From a virus (taxonomy: Duplodnaviria; Caudoviricetes), in the IMG/VR virus record IMGVR_UViG_3300032294_001028, positions 1 to 38,591 of that record: a stretch of DNA of 38,591 nt; one strand, 5' to 3'. The notes under the pieces were generated by a model. The model saw only the letters and a program-made list of their open reading frames with translations. It ran no database searches and was not told the origin of the DNA. Made by a program: the position numbers and the translations under genes. Below are positions 27,754 to 36,800 of this stretch, piece after piece (within the stretch, counting starts at the first letter, position 1; each line of letters opens with the position of its first letter).

Positions 27754-27802
27754 ACGTCTAATTTACGAAACATATCAACACATATTTATATCTAGTAACA
27801 TC

Positions 27803-27830
27803 AAATAAAAAGAGGGGCCTAAGCCCCTCT
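27803..27830 (-). terminator. Intrinsic terminator after the major capsid gene
   Basis: agaggggc-ctaa-gcccctct stem with an adjacent A-run (U-tail on the minus strand). Confidence 0.85.
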
Positions 27831-27859
27831 AGTGTCAGCTAACTAGCTGGCAATCAACC

Positions 27860-29299
27860 TTATTTGCTCAAAAGCACGTGTTGGTTGGCTGCGCGAGTTA
27901 CCAGTGCGAACTCCGAGCGGTAGTTGAACTGCAGGGCGTCCGTGTTGGTGTTGGTTACACCCAGGATAGAACCCGTCATCCAGTGCTCCATTTCGCGGCT
28001 GTAGCCGTTGGTAGCCTTGTAGTTGAGCTCCAGAGCAGGAGACTTCTCTCCAGTGCGAGGATCAGCAACCTTGGTCAACGGAATCATAACACCTTGGAAG
28101 TTGCTTCCAGCCAACAACGTAGGATCGTTGAGGAGCTTCCAGCTGTGCTTGTGGAAGGTGTAAGAACCACGCATAAACGAAGAGAAGCCAAGCTTCACCA
28201 TATCAGCAGCGTTAGCGAACTGACCGAATTGCGTAGTAACACCAGCCGTGATGTTAGCAGCCGTAGACGTACCGTTGGCGATCAGATCGTCGATGGCGAG
28301 GTCTTGCAGGCGGTTAACGTACATAGCGTACTCAGGCATAGCACCTTGCTTGTCGAGGGCAGTGATGATAGCATCAAGCTCGTCAAGGCTAGCGATAGCA
28401 GCGGTACCAACAGCACCAGAGTTAACTACGATACCACGGTCTTGGATGGCAGAGAAGTAACCTTCAGAACCAGCGATAGAGCCGAGGCCAGTCAAACCGG
28501 TATTGGTAACCTCTTCGCCCAAGAGCATCATCATCTCACGCTTGTCGAGGAAGCGCTGACGAGTGTCGTTCTCAGACTTGATGAACCAGCGGTAGTCGCC
28601 GTTACCCAAGTTGATCCAGCCGATGTTGGTAGCCTGCGAACCGGTAACCTTGTACACTTCCTTAAGGATTTGGTACGGGTTGGTGCGCTTAACAACGTTT
28701 GATTCAAGGTAGCCAGTGTTCTGGTCGGTACCCTGAGCAAACATATTACCAACGATGGGCAAGCTAGCTTGTACGCCAGGAGAGGCAGCACTAGGAATAG
28801 CGGTGGTAAGACCAGCACCAGACAGAGCAACAGCAGTTGCAGCAGCGGTAGCAGTCTGAGTGAATTCACCAGCAGAAACAGCCGTAACGATGAAGCGGTC
28901 AACACCACCAACAAGGATTACGTCGTTAACGCGCAGGTACTTGGCAGCGGCAGCCTTGGTAGCACCGGTGGCGCTAGTAGCAGCAGAAGCCATAGTAAGC
29001 ACGATAGAGGTAGATCCAGTTGCAACACCAGCAGTCGGGTAGTTTACAACCTGAAGTTGGTGCAGGCGAGTCTCCTCCCAGTACTGAACCTCGTCAGCAA
29101 CACCATTAGACTTCACAGCTCCTACCATCTGGAGGAAGCCAGTGATGCCTTGGTCGCCGTAGGTCTTAACGAGAAGGTCACGGTTATCGGGCTTGTTTAC
29201 TTGGTTGATGAAATCACCAAGAGAAACGTATTTGGTCGGGTCTAACCGACGAAAGCTGTTGGGTGAAAAATCCAACGGCGTAGATGCAGTTGATGCCAT
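27860..29299 (-). CDS. Major capsid protein (HK97 fold, crAss-like)
   Basis: 479 aa after an acidic scaffold, strongly biased codons, a strong terminator, and NPYQILKE.Y.V.GS, GSEG.F.AI.DRG and LGFSSF.RGSY.FHK motifs. Confidence 0.85.
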   Translation of the reverse strand: MASTASTPLDFSPNSFRRLDPTKYVSLGDFINQVNKPDNRDLLVKTYGDQGITGFLQMVGAVKSNGVADEVQYWEETRLHQLQVVNYPTAGVATGSTSIVLTMASAATSATGATKAAAAKYLRVNDVILVGGVDRFIVTAVSAGEFTQTATAAATAVALSGAGLTTAIPSAASPGVQASLPIVGNMFAQGTDQNTGYLESNVVKRTNPYQILKEVYKVTGSQATNIGWINLGNGDYRWFIKSENDTRQRFLDKREMMMLLGEEVTNTGLTGLGSIAGSEGYFSAIQDRGIVVNSGAVGTAAIASLDELDAIITALDKQGAMPEYAMYVNRLQDLAIDDLIANGTSTAANITAGVTTQFGQFANAADMVKLGFSSFMRGSYTFHKHSWKLLNDPTLLAGSNFQGVMIPLTKVADPRTGEKSPALELNYKATNGYSREMEHWMTGSILGVTNTNTDALQFNYRSEFALVTRAANQHVLLSK

Positions 29300-29319
29300 T
29301 TTATTTTATGTTTAGGCGT

Positions 29320-30468
29320 TTAGATTTTGAGACGAAGACCGTCATTGCTGTTCAGATAGTTGAAGATCTGCGCAGCGACGGAATCAGCATTCTTAGTTTC
29401 GGCGACACGAGGAGACGTTACATCTACATTCGCAGCTGTTTCTACGAGCTTGCGCTGTCCGTCACTGAGACCTTGTTTGTAGATAGCACTAGCAATTTCG
29501 TCAATGTTATCCAGAAGGGCTCGGTGAGCATTCAGCGTCTCGAAGTCCCAGCTTCCGCTTTCGTCGACATACTGATCGAAGAACTCATCAAGACGGGCGT
29601 TCTTGTCCTTCAAGTTCGACTTGTACTGGTCGTTGAGTCCGAAGTTGAACTCCTGACCATTAAGGTCAAAAGTCAATGCCTCAAGTGCATCTACTTCTTG
29701 GCTCATCGTGCGAATCCAGCTCTCGTCAATAGGACTTTGAACTTCTGCCTGGGTGGGCTCCTCTCGCTTCACAGGCATACGATAGTTCTCGCGTAACTTA
29801 TCGATGTCCCGTTTAGCTTTATCCGCATCAATCTTCAATTGAATCTTAGCCAATCGAACCTCGTCGTCGCTGTAGATGTCTTCGTCAACTTTGTACTTAG
29901 ACGCAACTAGGAGGTTAATGTCTTCGTTAGAGAGGTTAGGGTAGTCAACCGCAAGCTGCATCTTAACAGCACTCAGGTCGTCCATTTCAGACGGATTGAT
30001 TGATTGGTAGCGAAACCAATCATACGGATCACGTCCCGTTTCCTCAACGAAGTCAGCAATCGCTTTGACTCGCTCGTCGATTGATGGGGTTTGTTGAGCT
30101 TCGAGAAACGCAGCAAGCTGTTCAAGGCTATCTACAGAAACGCCTAGCCTTTCACTGACGTAACTGGCGATTGCCGCCTCAAACTCCTGCTCCGACATCT
30201 CGGGCTCGGGGTTAGTATTTAAAGAACTTTGAGCCACTACAGGCTCAGGTTGTGCTTCGGGCTCTGGTGTTACTGGTGCTTGGATATCAGCAGTCGGTTC
30301 AGGCGTGAGTTCTGTGGTAGGCTCATTAGCGATACCTGAGAAGTCCAGAACTTCTGCACCCTGAGGAGGTTCAAAGCTCGGGGCGTCTAGCGACGTTCCC
30401 TCGGCTACCTCACCGCTGGTGATTTCAAATCCCATTGCTCCAAGAGCGTTTTCAATTTCTGTGCTCAT
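29320..30468 (-). CDS. Capsid scaffolding protein
   Basis: Very acidic with a P/E-rich N-terminus and helical core, directly upstream of the capsid gene. Confidence 0.7.
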   Translation of the reverse strand: MSTEIENALGAMGFEITSGEVAEGTSLDAPSFEPPQGAEVLDFSGIANEPTTELTPEPTADIQAPVTPEPEAQPEPVVAQSSLNTNPEPEMSEQEFEAAIASYVSERLGVSVDSLEQLAAFLEAQQTPSIDERVKAIADFVEETGRDPYDWFRYQSINPSEMDDLSAVKMQLAVDYPNLSNEDINLLVASKYKVDEDIYSDDEVRLAKIQLKIDADKAKRDIDKLRENYRMPVKREEPTQAEVQSPIDESWIRTMSQEVDALEALTFDLNGQEFNFGLNDQYKSNLKDKNARLDEFFDQYVDESGSWDFETLNAHRALLDNIDEIASAIYKQGLSDGQRKLVETAANVDVTSPRVAETKNADSVAAQIFNYLNSNDGLRLKI

Positions 30469-30493
30469 ACGAATTAAATTTTAATTACACAAG

Positions 30494-30501
30494 CAAAATT
30501 A
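30494..30501 (-). promoter_or_regulatory. -7 box TAATTTTG for the scaffold-capsid unit
   Basis: caaaatta on the + strand, in an AT-rich intergenic region. Confidence 0.6.
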
Positions 30502-30544
30502 CTGCAAATTAGTATTGCATATTTTGCAAGTGTTTCGTATGGGA

Positions 30545-30922
30545 CTACTTACGAAACTTAGCTACCTTCTTGGCTATGGATTTGGGCTGTGCTACGAATT
30601 GTTTGCCCTTTGCTGTTCCCTCACGCTTGGCGCGAGTGGTTGCTGCGTATTCAGCTGATGATAGGGACTTTATCGCTTTTTCTGGCAGGTAGCGTTCACC
30701 TGTTTGTCCTGATGGCTTACCACTTTTTGTACGCCAGTTCTGACGGGTCCACTTTGAGAGAGAAGTCGAGCGCTTGGGTCCCTCGTAGGATCCGCCTGCT
30801 TTCTTGTATAACGAAACAGCTAATTGCATCGCCCGAGCAGAATGCTTCCCGCCCATCCGAGCCTTGGCTTGGGCCTTGGCTTTCTCCCATAGAGCTGGAT
30901 TCTTTTTCTTGGCGACTTTCAT
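30545..30922 (-). CDS. Highly basic phage protein (DUF5872-like)
   Basis: SARAMQL....YKKAGGSY, SLSKWT.Q.WRTKSGK and RYLPEKA motifs. Confidence 0.7.
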   Translation of the reverse strand: MKVAKKKNPALWEKAKAQAKARMGGKHSARAMQLAVSLYKKAGGSYEGPKRSTSLSKWTRQNWRTKSGKPSGQTGERYLPEKAIKSLSSAEYAATTRAKREGTAKGKQFVAQPKSIAKKVAKFRK

Positions 30923-30925
30923 TGC

Positions 30926-31210
30926 TTACCACTTTACTTTATCTGCCCAGTATGCAGCGCTCATTTTGCCTTTGGCGATGTTACGGGCGTGGCGAGCTTT
31001 GAAGCTTGCACGCTTTTTAGCGCGTGCTCCAGTGGGATTTTTTTCGGTAACGGTATCAGCTCCCTGCTCACCGAAACGGATAAGACGAACCTTGTCGCCA
31101 ACCTTTGCTAGTACAATATGCGACTTCTTGGGGTGCGAAGGAGTTCCCTTTGGCTTGTTAACGCCAGAGAGACCGTGCTTCTTAAGCATATTTTTTACTC
31201 TATTGTCCAT
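30926..31210 (-). CDS. Highly basic conserved phage protein
   Basis: KPK.TPSHPKKSH.V, IRFG.QG and R.SFKARHA.N...SAAYWADKVKW. Confidence 0.8.
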   Translation of the reverse strand: MDNRVKNMLKKHGLSGVNKPKGTPSHPKKSHIVLAKVGDKVRLIRFGEQGADTVTEKNPTGARAKKRASFKARHARNIAKGKMSAAYWADKVKW

Positions 31211-31373
31211 TCCTCTTTGCCTTTCTGTTGTCGTAGATTTCGTAAATCTTATATCCGGTATAGAAGATTGAAAACAACAGCAGTATAATTTTCAATGTCT
31301 GCTCAATGTTTGAGAATGACAGCAGCATAGTTCCGCCATTGATTGCTGCAAGCTTTACGTCTTCGTGATTCAT
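31200..31373 (-). CDS. Small membrane protein, 57 aa, holin/antiholin candidate (not in ORF track)
   Basis: MNHEDVKLAAINGGTMLLSFSNIEQTLKIILLLFSIFYTGYKIYEIYDNRKAKRNGQ; ATGA-coupled to the upstream gene; basic tail. Confidence 0.7.
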   Translation of the reverse strand: MNHEDVKLAAINGGTMLLSFSNIEQTLKIILLLFSIFYTGYKIYEIYDNRKAKRNGQ

Positions 31374-31588
31374 TTCTTAGCAAATTTTTCTACTGCTGTT
31401 CCGAAGAACATTGCTATTGTTAGGTATTCAACAGCCTCAACGAGTTCTTTGCTGGGAGCTATTTCTTTAGGAGAGAAGCTGTTGGCGATCATCGTTCCAA
31501 AAAGAACTAGGGCGCCAAGGATTCCTATGACTCTTTTAGACGACACCTCATCGCCTACGCCAAGTAATTTAGTCATCCATTGCTTCAT
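31370..31588 (-). CDS. Two-TM membrane protein, holin-like (72 aa)
   Basis: SSKR followed by two hydrophobic helices. ATG31588 avoids the overlap with the upstream gene. Confidence 0.65.
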   Translation of the reverse strand: MKQWMTKLLGVGDEVSSKRVIGILGALVLFGTMIANSFSPKEIAPSKELVEAVEYLTIAMFFGTAVEKFAKK

Positions 31589-31592
31589 ATCG

Positions 31593-32246
31593 TTAAGCAG
31601 TAAAATATGTTCCACTAAGAACGATAGTTCCAGCCGCAACATACGCAGCTTCTGAGCGAGCACCTCCGCCAACCGGAATCTCGACAAGCGCAATCTGTTG
31701 AGTTGCTGGTTGACCCTCCGCGGCAAGAATTGTATCTGCACTAAAGGAGAAGTTAGCGTCAGCAATTGTAAATGCCGGGAACGTGTATGTAGCTGGGTTT
31801 GCAATAGCAAATGGAAGTCCAGCAATTCTTAAATCTCCAGTTCCAGTACCACTAGACCAAGTAATGTAAACCTCAAAGTGCACAGCTCGACCGATCTTAG
31901 TATAGTTACCGTGAGCTACAGCATATGTAGCCGATCCATCTGTAGAGCTTCCAACTACCGATGGTGTAAAACTGTTTTCTTCGTAGTCGTCAAGAGTGTT
32001 GGCGGCAGCAGTGTCTGTTCCAAACAAGATGCCTTGTGATGCCCGTACAGAACCCACAACGTCAAGAGTCTTTGCGGGAGTAGCCGTACCAATGCCAACA
32101 GCTGTGGTTGAGATTGCAAGTGCAGAATCGTTTCCAGACCCGTCGCTAAGGTATTTAGCTGTTGAGTTGATAACGGTCGTGTTAGAGGTCTTAATGATAC
32201 CTTGGTAGGTATCCTTAATTGCGGTGTTGATGAGCGAAGTTCCCAT
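31593..32246 (-). CDS. Short tail-fibre / spike-like virion protein
   Basis: VGIGTATP, GILFGTDTAAANTLDDYEE..FTP, YTKIGR.V and GLPF. Confidence 0.7.
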   Translation of the reverse strand: MGTSLINTAIKDTYQGIIKTSNTTVINSTAKYLSDGSGNDSALAISTTAVGIGTATPAKTLDVVGSVRASQGILFGTDTAAANTLDDYEENSFTPSVVGSSTDGSATYAVAHGNYTKIGRAVHFEVYITWSSGTGTGDLRIAGLPFAIANPATYTFPAFTIADANFSFSADTILAAEGQPATQQIALVEIPVGGGARSEAAYVAAGTIVLSGTYFTA

Positions 32247-32257
32247 TTCTTATTTTT

Positions 32258-32383
32258 TTATACGTTCCAGTCGTCAAATGTCAAGTTCCAGTCAGACGCA
32301 GTAGTGTTCCAGATATTGGAAGGCGTTACTGCGCTCTGGACTTGAGCGTTTGGGTAAATTATTTGAAGCCCTAGACCTAACAT
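32258..32383 (-). CDS. 41-aa protein MLGLGL...WN heptad (not in ORF track)
   Basis: MLGLGLQIIYPNAQVQSAVTPSNIWNTTASDWNLTFDDWNV; TAATG-coupled; fills the gap. Confidence 0.65.
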   Translation of the reverse strand: MLGLGLQIIYPNAQVQSAVTPSNIWNTTASDWNLTFDDWNV

Positions 32384-32649
32384 TATGCAATGTATGCTAG
32401 AACGGTTCCAGATACTACCTCAACAGAGTCAAACAATCCGTAGATTGCTGTTCCTGCTAGGACTGCCTGAGCGCTGAGATCGTCTCCGTTCTCTGCTGTA
32501 ACTGAAATGGTAGAGTTCTCAAGAGCAAAGACCACACGGTACTGCTCTCCAGATTGTCCGGTCTGTCCGGTGGTGATTTTACGAAACCCAAACTGACCGA
32601 ATGCTGCAAGCTGGTAGTTGGCGGGGTTGTTGATGTTGGCGTAACCCAT
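32383..32649 (-). CDS. Small beta-rich probable virion protein
   Basis: 88 aa ending G..IYG.F.S..V.SG.VLAY. Confidence 0.7.
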   Translation of the reverse strand: MGYANINNPANYQLAAFGQFGFRKITTGQTGQSGEQYRVVFALENSTISVTAENGDDLSAQAVLAGTAIYGLFDSVEVVSGTVLAYIA

Positions 32650-32686
32650 AGTGGGGAAGGTTTAAGTGTTAAAGCAAAACGCAGTA

Positions 32687-32694
32687 CAAAGATA
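32687..32694 (-). promoter_or_regulatory. -7 box TATCTTTG
   Basis: caaagata on the + strand, directly after a terminator. Confidence 0.6.
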
Positions 32695-32699
32695 TTAAC

Positions 32700-32724
32700 A
32701 AAAGAAAAGCCCCTTGCGGGGCTT
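32700..32724 (-). terminator. Intrinsic terminator
   Basis: aagcccc-ttgc-ggggctt with an adjacent A-rich run. Confidence 0.85.
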
Positions 32725-32749
32725 GACTTTAGGTAAGGCTCTGCTTTAC

Positions 32750-33007
32750 TTACTCTACAACCTCTGCTTCGGGAGCAGGAGCCGGGGTGAACTCTCCGGT
32801 CTCGAGGTCAACCGACCCGTCACCGTGCTCAGCTTGGATGGCATCAGTAGCCTCCTTGCCTTTTGCCTGCTGCTCTTCGTACGCCTTAAGAAGGGCGTCC
32901 TTGCGCAGCTCAGCAAGAGCGATTGCACCTAGTTCCATTTGGATAGCCTGAAGATTCTTCTGGACTTCCTTTACTGCGTCGAGCAGCTCTTGTTTGACTT
33001 TCGCCAT
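32750..33007 (-). CDS. Coiled-coil protein, possible fibre assembly chaperone
   Basis: Heptad pattern followed by HG..SVDLETGE; lies next to the fibre genes. Confidence 0.6.
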   Translation of the reverse strand: MAKVKQELLDAVKEVQKNLQAIQMELGAIALAELRKDALLKAYEEQQAKGKEATDAIQAEHGDGSVDLETGEFTPAPAPEAEVVE

Positions 33008-33034
33008 TTTAATTGAAGTTTGAGGTTAGTAAAG

Positions 33035-33421
33035 TTATTCAGCTACGGGAGCGGGAGGCACTGGTGCCGGCTCACCGATAACTAAGGTGATGCTGGTCGG
33101 ATTGATTTGTGAAGCAATCTGATTAGCAACAGAGGTTTCGAGGCTAGCAACCTGCTCGGGACCCATTGCTGCGGTGCACCAGCCAGTTGCAATCTCGTTG
33201 GTAAGTTCGTCGAAAGGAATGAAGGTAGCTGGGTCGATGTCGTCAGCTGTTACCATCTGCGTTCCGATAACGGTAGCAGAGTAGGTCTTACCTCCAGACT
33301 CTTCGGTTCCGGTTAAGCGCCAGTGGATGTTGTATACAACGTCATCCAGCTCTACGCCTTGCTCATCTTTGGTCGGGTAGCAGTCAACTGTGCGGCAGTC
33401 CCAAGAATAGATAATGGCCAT
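33035..33421 (-). CDS. Fibre-associated conserved phage protein
   Basis: YSW...VVYNIHWR...FIPFDELT.....W motif, commonly found next to tail fibres. Confidence 0.65.
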   Translation of the reverse strand: MAIIYSWDCRTVDCYPTKDEQGVELDDVVYNIHWRLTGTEESGGKTYSATVIGTQMVTADDIDPATFIPFDELTNEIATGWCTAAMGPEQVASLETSVANQIASQINPTSITLVIGEPAPVPPAPVAE

Positions 33422-33448
33422 TTGTGTTTTGTTTACTAATTAGTTAGA

Positions 33449-33456
33449 CAAATATA
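33449..33456 (-). promoter_or_regulatory. -7 box TATATTTG
   Basis: caaatata on the + strand, intergenic. Confidence 0.6.
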
Positions 33457-33463
33457 CGAAATA

Positions 33464-33898
33464 TCAGCAAGGGTTAATACTCTCGATAAATCCACGGTCT
33501 GGTGAACCTAGGATATAGTATCCAGAGTTACATTGGTTTGAATAATACCATCTGTTAGCTCCATCAAAAGGAGTGCTTAGGCCAGTGTCTGTGTAAAGTG
33601 TAGTGCTAATGTTTGGGCAGGCGGGACTTCCGTCGCCTCCAGCCTCGTAGAAGTAGAGCGTTAGGTTGTCTGAATCAAGGATATTACACACCTCACCAAA
33701 TGTCGTCCCTTGGTCGTAGATAGCAAACGTTCTATAGTTTGGCGTAGGAGGGTATCCATAGAACTCAGATATAGCATCTGGGGTTGAAAACCCAGCAAGG
33801 TTAGACAACGCCCGAAGAGAGCTGTTGGCTTGCGCCTGACCAAGCTCTAATCGGATGTCGTTAATACTTAAAGGACCGCTTGGAGGTAGTGGAGCCAT
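33464..33898 (-). CDS. Putative fibre-tip adhesin
   Basis: N-terminal LP.SGPLS..DI..ELG...SLR.LS...P.AISEFYGY attachment-like module, Cys-containing C-terminal domain, TAATG-coupled to the S74 fibre. Confidence 0.6.
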   Translation of the reverse strand: MAPLPPSGPLSINDIRLELGQAQANSSLRALSNLAGFSTPDAISEFYGYPPTPNYRTFAIYDQGTTFGEVCNILDSDNLTLYFYEAGGDGSPACPNISTTLYTDTGLSTPFDGANRWYYSNQCNSGYYILGSPDRGFIESINPC

Positions 33899-36800
33899 TA
33901 CTTAAGCTTCTTTTCAAGTTCTTCAACACGAGCAGCGAGTTCTTTGTTTGCCTCAATCAAGAGCGCAATCATCTTCTCGTAGCGTACTGATAGGTATCCG
34001 CTGTCGTTGGTGCGGACAGCCTCTGGGAGAACAGCCTGTACATCTTGAGCGATGATACCCACGTCGTGGCCGTGGTAGCCGTGGACGTGAGCCGTCTCTT
34101 CCTTCCAGTCGAACTCTACGCCAGTAAGCGTCTTTACCTTCTCTAGTGCGTTCTCGATTGGCGTTACGTTCTCCTTGAGGCGCTGGTCAGAGGTAGAGTA
34201 GGCTACGATGTCGTTGGATGCGTCAATACGTCCGTCGGTGGCGTTGGGCGCTACGCCAACGCCTAAGGAACCAGAGGTGATTCGAGCATCTCCAGCTACG
34301 TGAAGCAGAGATGAAGGACTCGTCGTCCCAATGCCGACGTTGCCTGTTGATGCTGGAATGTACATCCTTATTGTCTGACTACCCAGCGCATTTTGAGATG
34401 TAGTAAATGCCAACGCTTCATATGAACCCATATGAAGTGTATTACCACTAGAAGATATGTTGTTTAGTGCGCTTCTAAAAATACCATTATCGTAATATCC
34501 TATGCCATTTGCATAGTTTCCAAAAGCAAGAATACCACTATCGTTTACGCCATCGCGAGAAACCCTAACAACTCCTCGAATATCTACTTTTTCTGTAGGA
34601 GCAGTCGTACCAATACCGACGTTGCCAGAACTATCGATTCGCATTCTCTCGGAATTGTTTGTTCCGAAAATCAAGTTAGATGCCTCGTAGTTCCATAGGT
34701 ACATCTGCGAACCGGAGATAGACAGCAATCCACCATCTGAACCAGCGCTTCCGGTTGTATTGTTCTGCATCCGAATCTGAACATCATTTGATGCTCCAGA
34801 GTTGATTACAATACCACGAGCTGAGCTTAATGGGGTGTCTGGTGCCGACGTCCCGATGCCGACGTTTCCAGCACTTGTAACAACCATTTTAGCTATAGGA
34901 GACGACCCGGCATTTGTGCCAAATAGCAGAGGGTGGTTCGTATAAGATGCTATGTAGGTTCCAACAGTTGTTCCGTCAGTGGAAGATATTACAGTTTCTT
35001 GTGCTCTACCTGCGTCATATATATCTATTTGCGGATTTCCAACAGTGGCTGTCCCAGTGACTAATGAAAATCCTAATGCGCCAGATGTAGATACTGTTAA
35101 TTTATAAGTTGGATTCGTCGTCCCAATGCCGACGTTGCCAGCGCTTATATAACTTGTTGTTGGGTTAAATCTTGCAAACGTAGTTCCAGTTGTGGCATAG
35201 TTCCCGTTGTATGTATTACTGTACTTGAATTCGTATGAAGGAGATGCATTTTGATGGCCAAAAGCAAAAGTATCTCCAGCTATTGCAATTGCTGCTGTTA
35301 CTACATAGTCCTCAAATGATATTTGAGAAACAGTTGAGCTAGCAATATGGAGTGTTGATGGAGTTACGTAAAATCCACTTGCTTGATTACCAAGATTTGT
35401 CTTCCCAACTACGCTAAGAGCAGATACTGGAGCCGTCGTACCAATGCCGACGTTGCCGGCGCTAGTGATTCTAGCACGCTCACCGTAAGCAGAGCCATTG
35501 TAGGTTTGGAAAACAATTTCTGCCCATTCGTTTGCATTTTGAACTGAACCAATAAATGCCTCAGTCGAGCCCCCACCGCCAAACGCAATACCGGTGTATC
35601 GACTAACGCCAGCACTTCCGTTTGTAAGTCGAATGTTTGCATAGGTTCCGTTATATGCATTTGGGTTATATGAAACAGATGTAGCGGTATTGATGCCAAG
35701 CTTTCCATCCATTGAGGTCGAGTTAATAAGAACTTGACCACTGGATGTGATTCGCATACGCTCAGCCCCACTTGATGTTGTTCCTCCAGTGCTAACTGCT
35801 AATGCAAGATAAGGGTCATCATTTCCGATAGGGGTGAATATCGATGCCTTTCGATATGTTGCCCCACCCATATTTATAATCGATACTGTATCAGAGGAAA
35901 GGCCTCTTATGTTTAGACTCCCTACTAAATCTAAAATCGGTGAAGCGAATGTAGTACCACTAAAACTTCCCGGACTAGTCGTCCCAATACCGACGTTGCC
36001 TGAACCATCAATCAAAAGGCGATACGATTCATCGGTTCTATTATATACAAACCATTGGTTTGAAGTGCTTGCTTGAACCTCCCAGCTGTCGCCACTCGCT
36101 GGAACGAATTTGATACCAGCGGAATCTTGCGTTCCGTTTATTTGAACTTGAGTACCAGCAGTTCCGTTGCTTGAAACGTTTAGCGTTCTTGCTGGCGCCG
36201 TCGTACCGATACCGACGTTGCCTGCTGCATAAATATCGTTACCCGATGAAATGCTAATACCCTCAGATGCGCTTATGTAAAGACCCTGACGAGTAGTGTG
36301 AACCAAGGTTGTCCCTGGCGTTACAGGACTTCCTCCAAATGTTACTGATTCACTGTTTAGCGGGAAGACCTCAATGTTTAGGTCCGTTGTTTGACCTTGC
36401 GCCGAAACAACTTGCGCCTCTACAGAATACGTTTCGTTGTTATTGCTAATCACTCGGATGTTCAGCTGGCTATAGAATCCAGATGTCGTCGTGATTGTAA
36501 TGTCTTGGAAGTGGTTAACAAGAATCTGTGCAGTTACGTTTACTACAACGTTGCCAGACGTGCCCTGAAACGACATATTCACAGCAGACGCAAGGCTACC
36601 ACCAACAATAGTACAGATTTGTGTGTATGCGGTCTGACTTACGTTAACTGTGGCCACATAACGAGGCGCTACATTACTTGTGGTAGACGTACTACCGTCC
36701 GCCATAAGATACTGGGAAGCAGTGCCGCCGCTCTTGATGAGCGACGATGCGGTTACGCTGCTTGAGAAGGTGGCTGCTCCTGTTGAGGCTATGGTGAGTC

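Noticed and set aside
27878-29796. Long + strand ORFs antisense to the capsid and scaffold genes
   Set aside because: Shadow frames expected from strong codon bias; no recognisable motifs or expression signals.
31589-31825. N-terminal extension of the holin-like ORF
   Set aside because: It overlaps the fibre-like gene in another frame; ATG31588 gives a compact two-TM protein.
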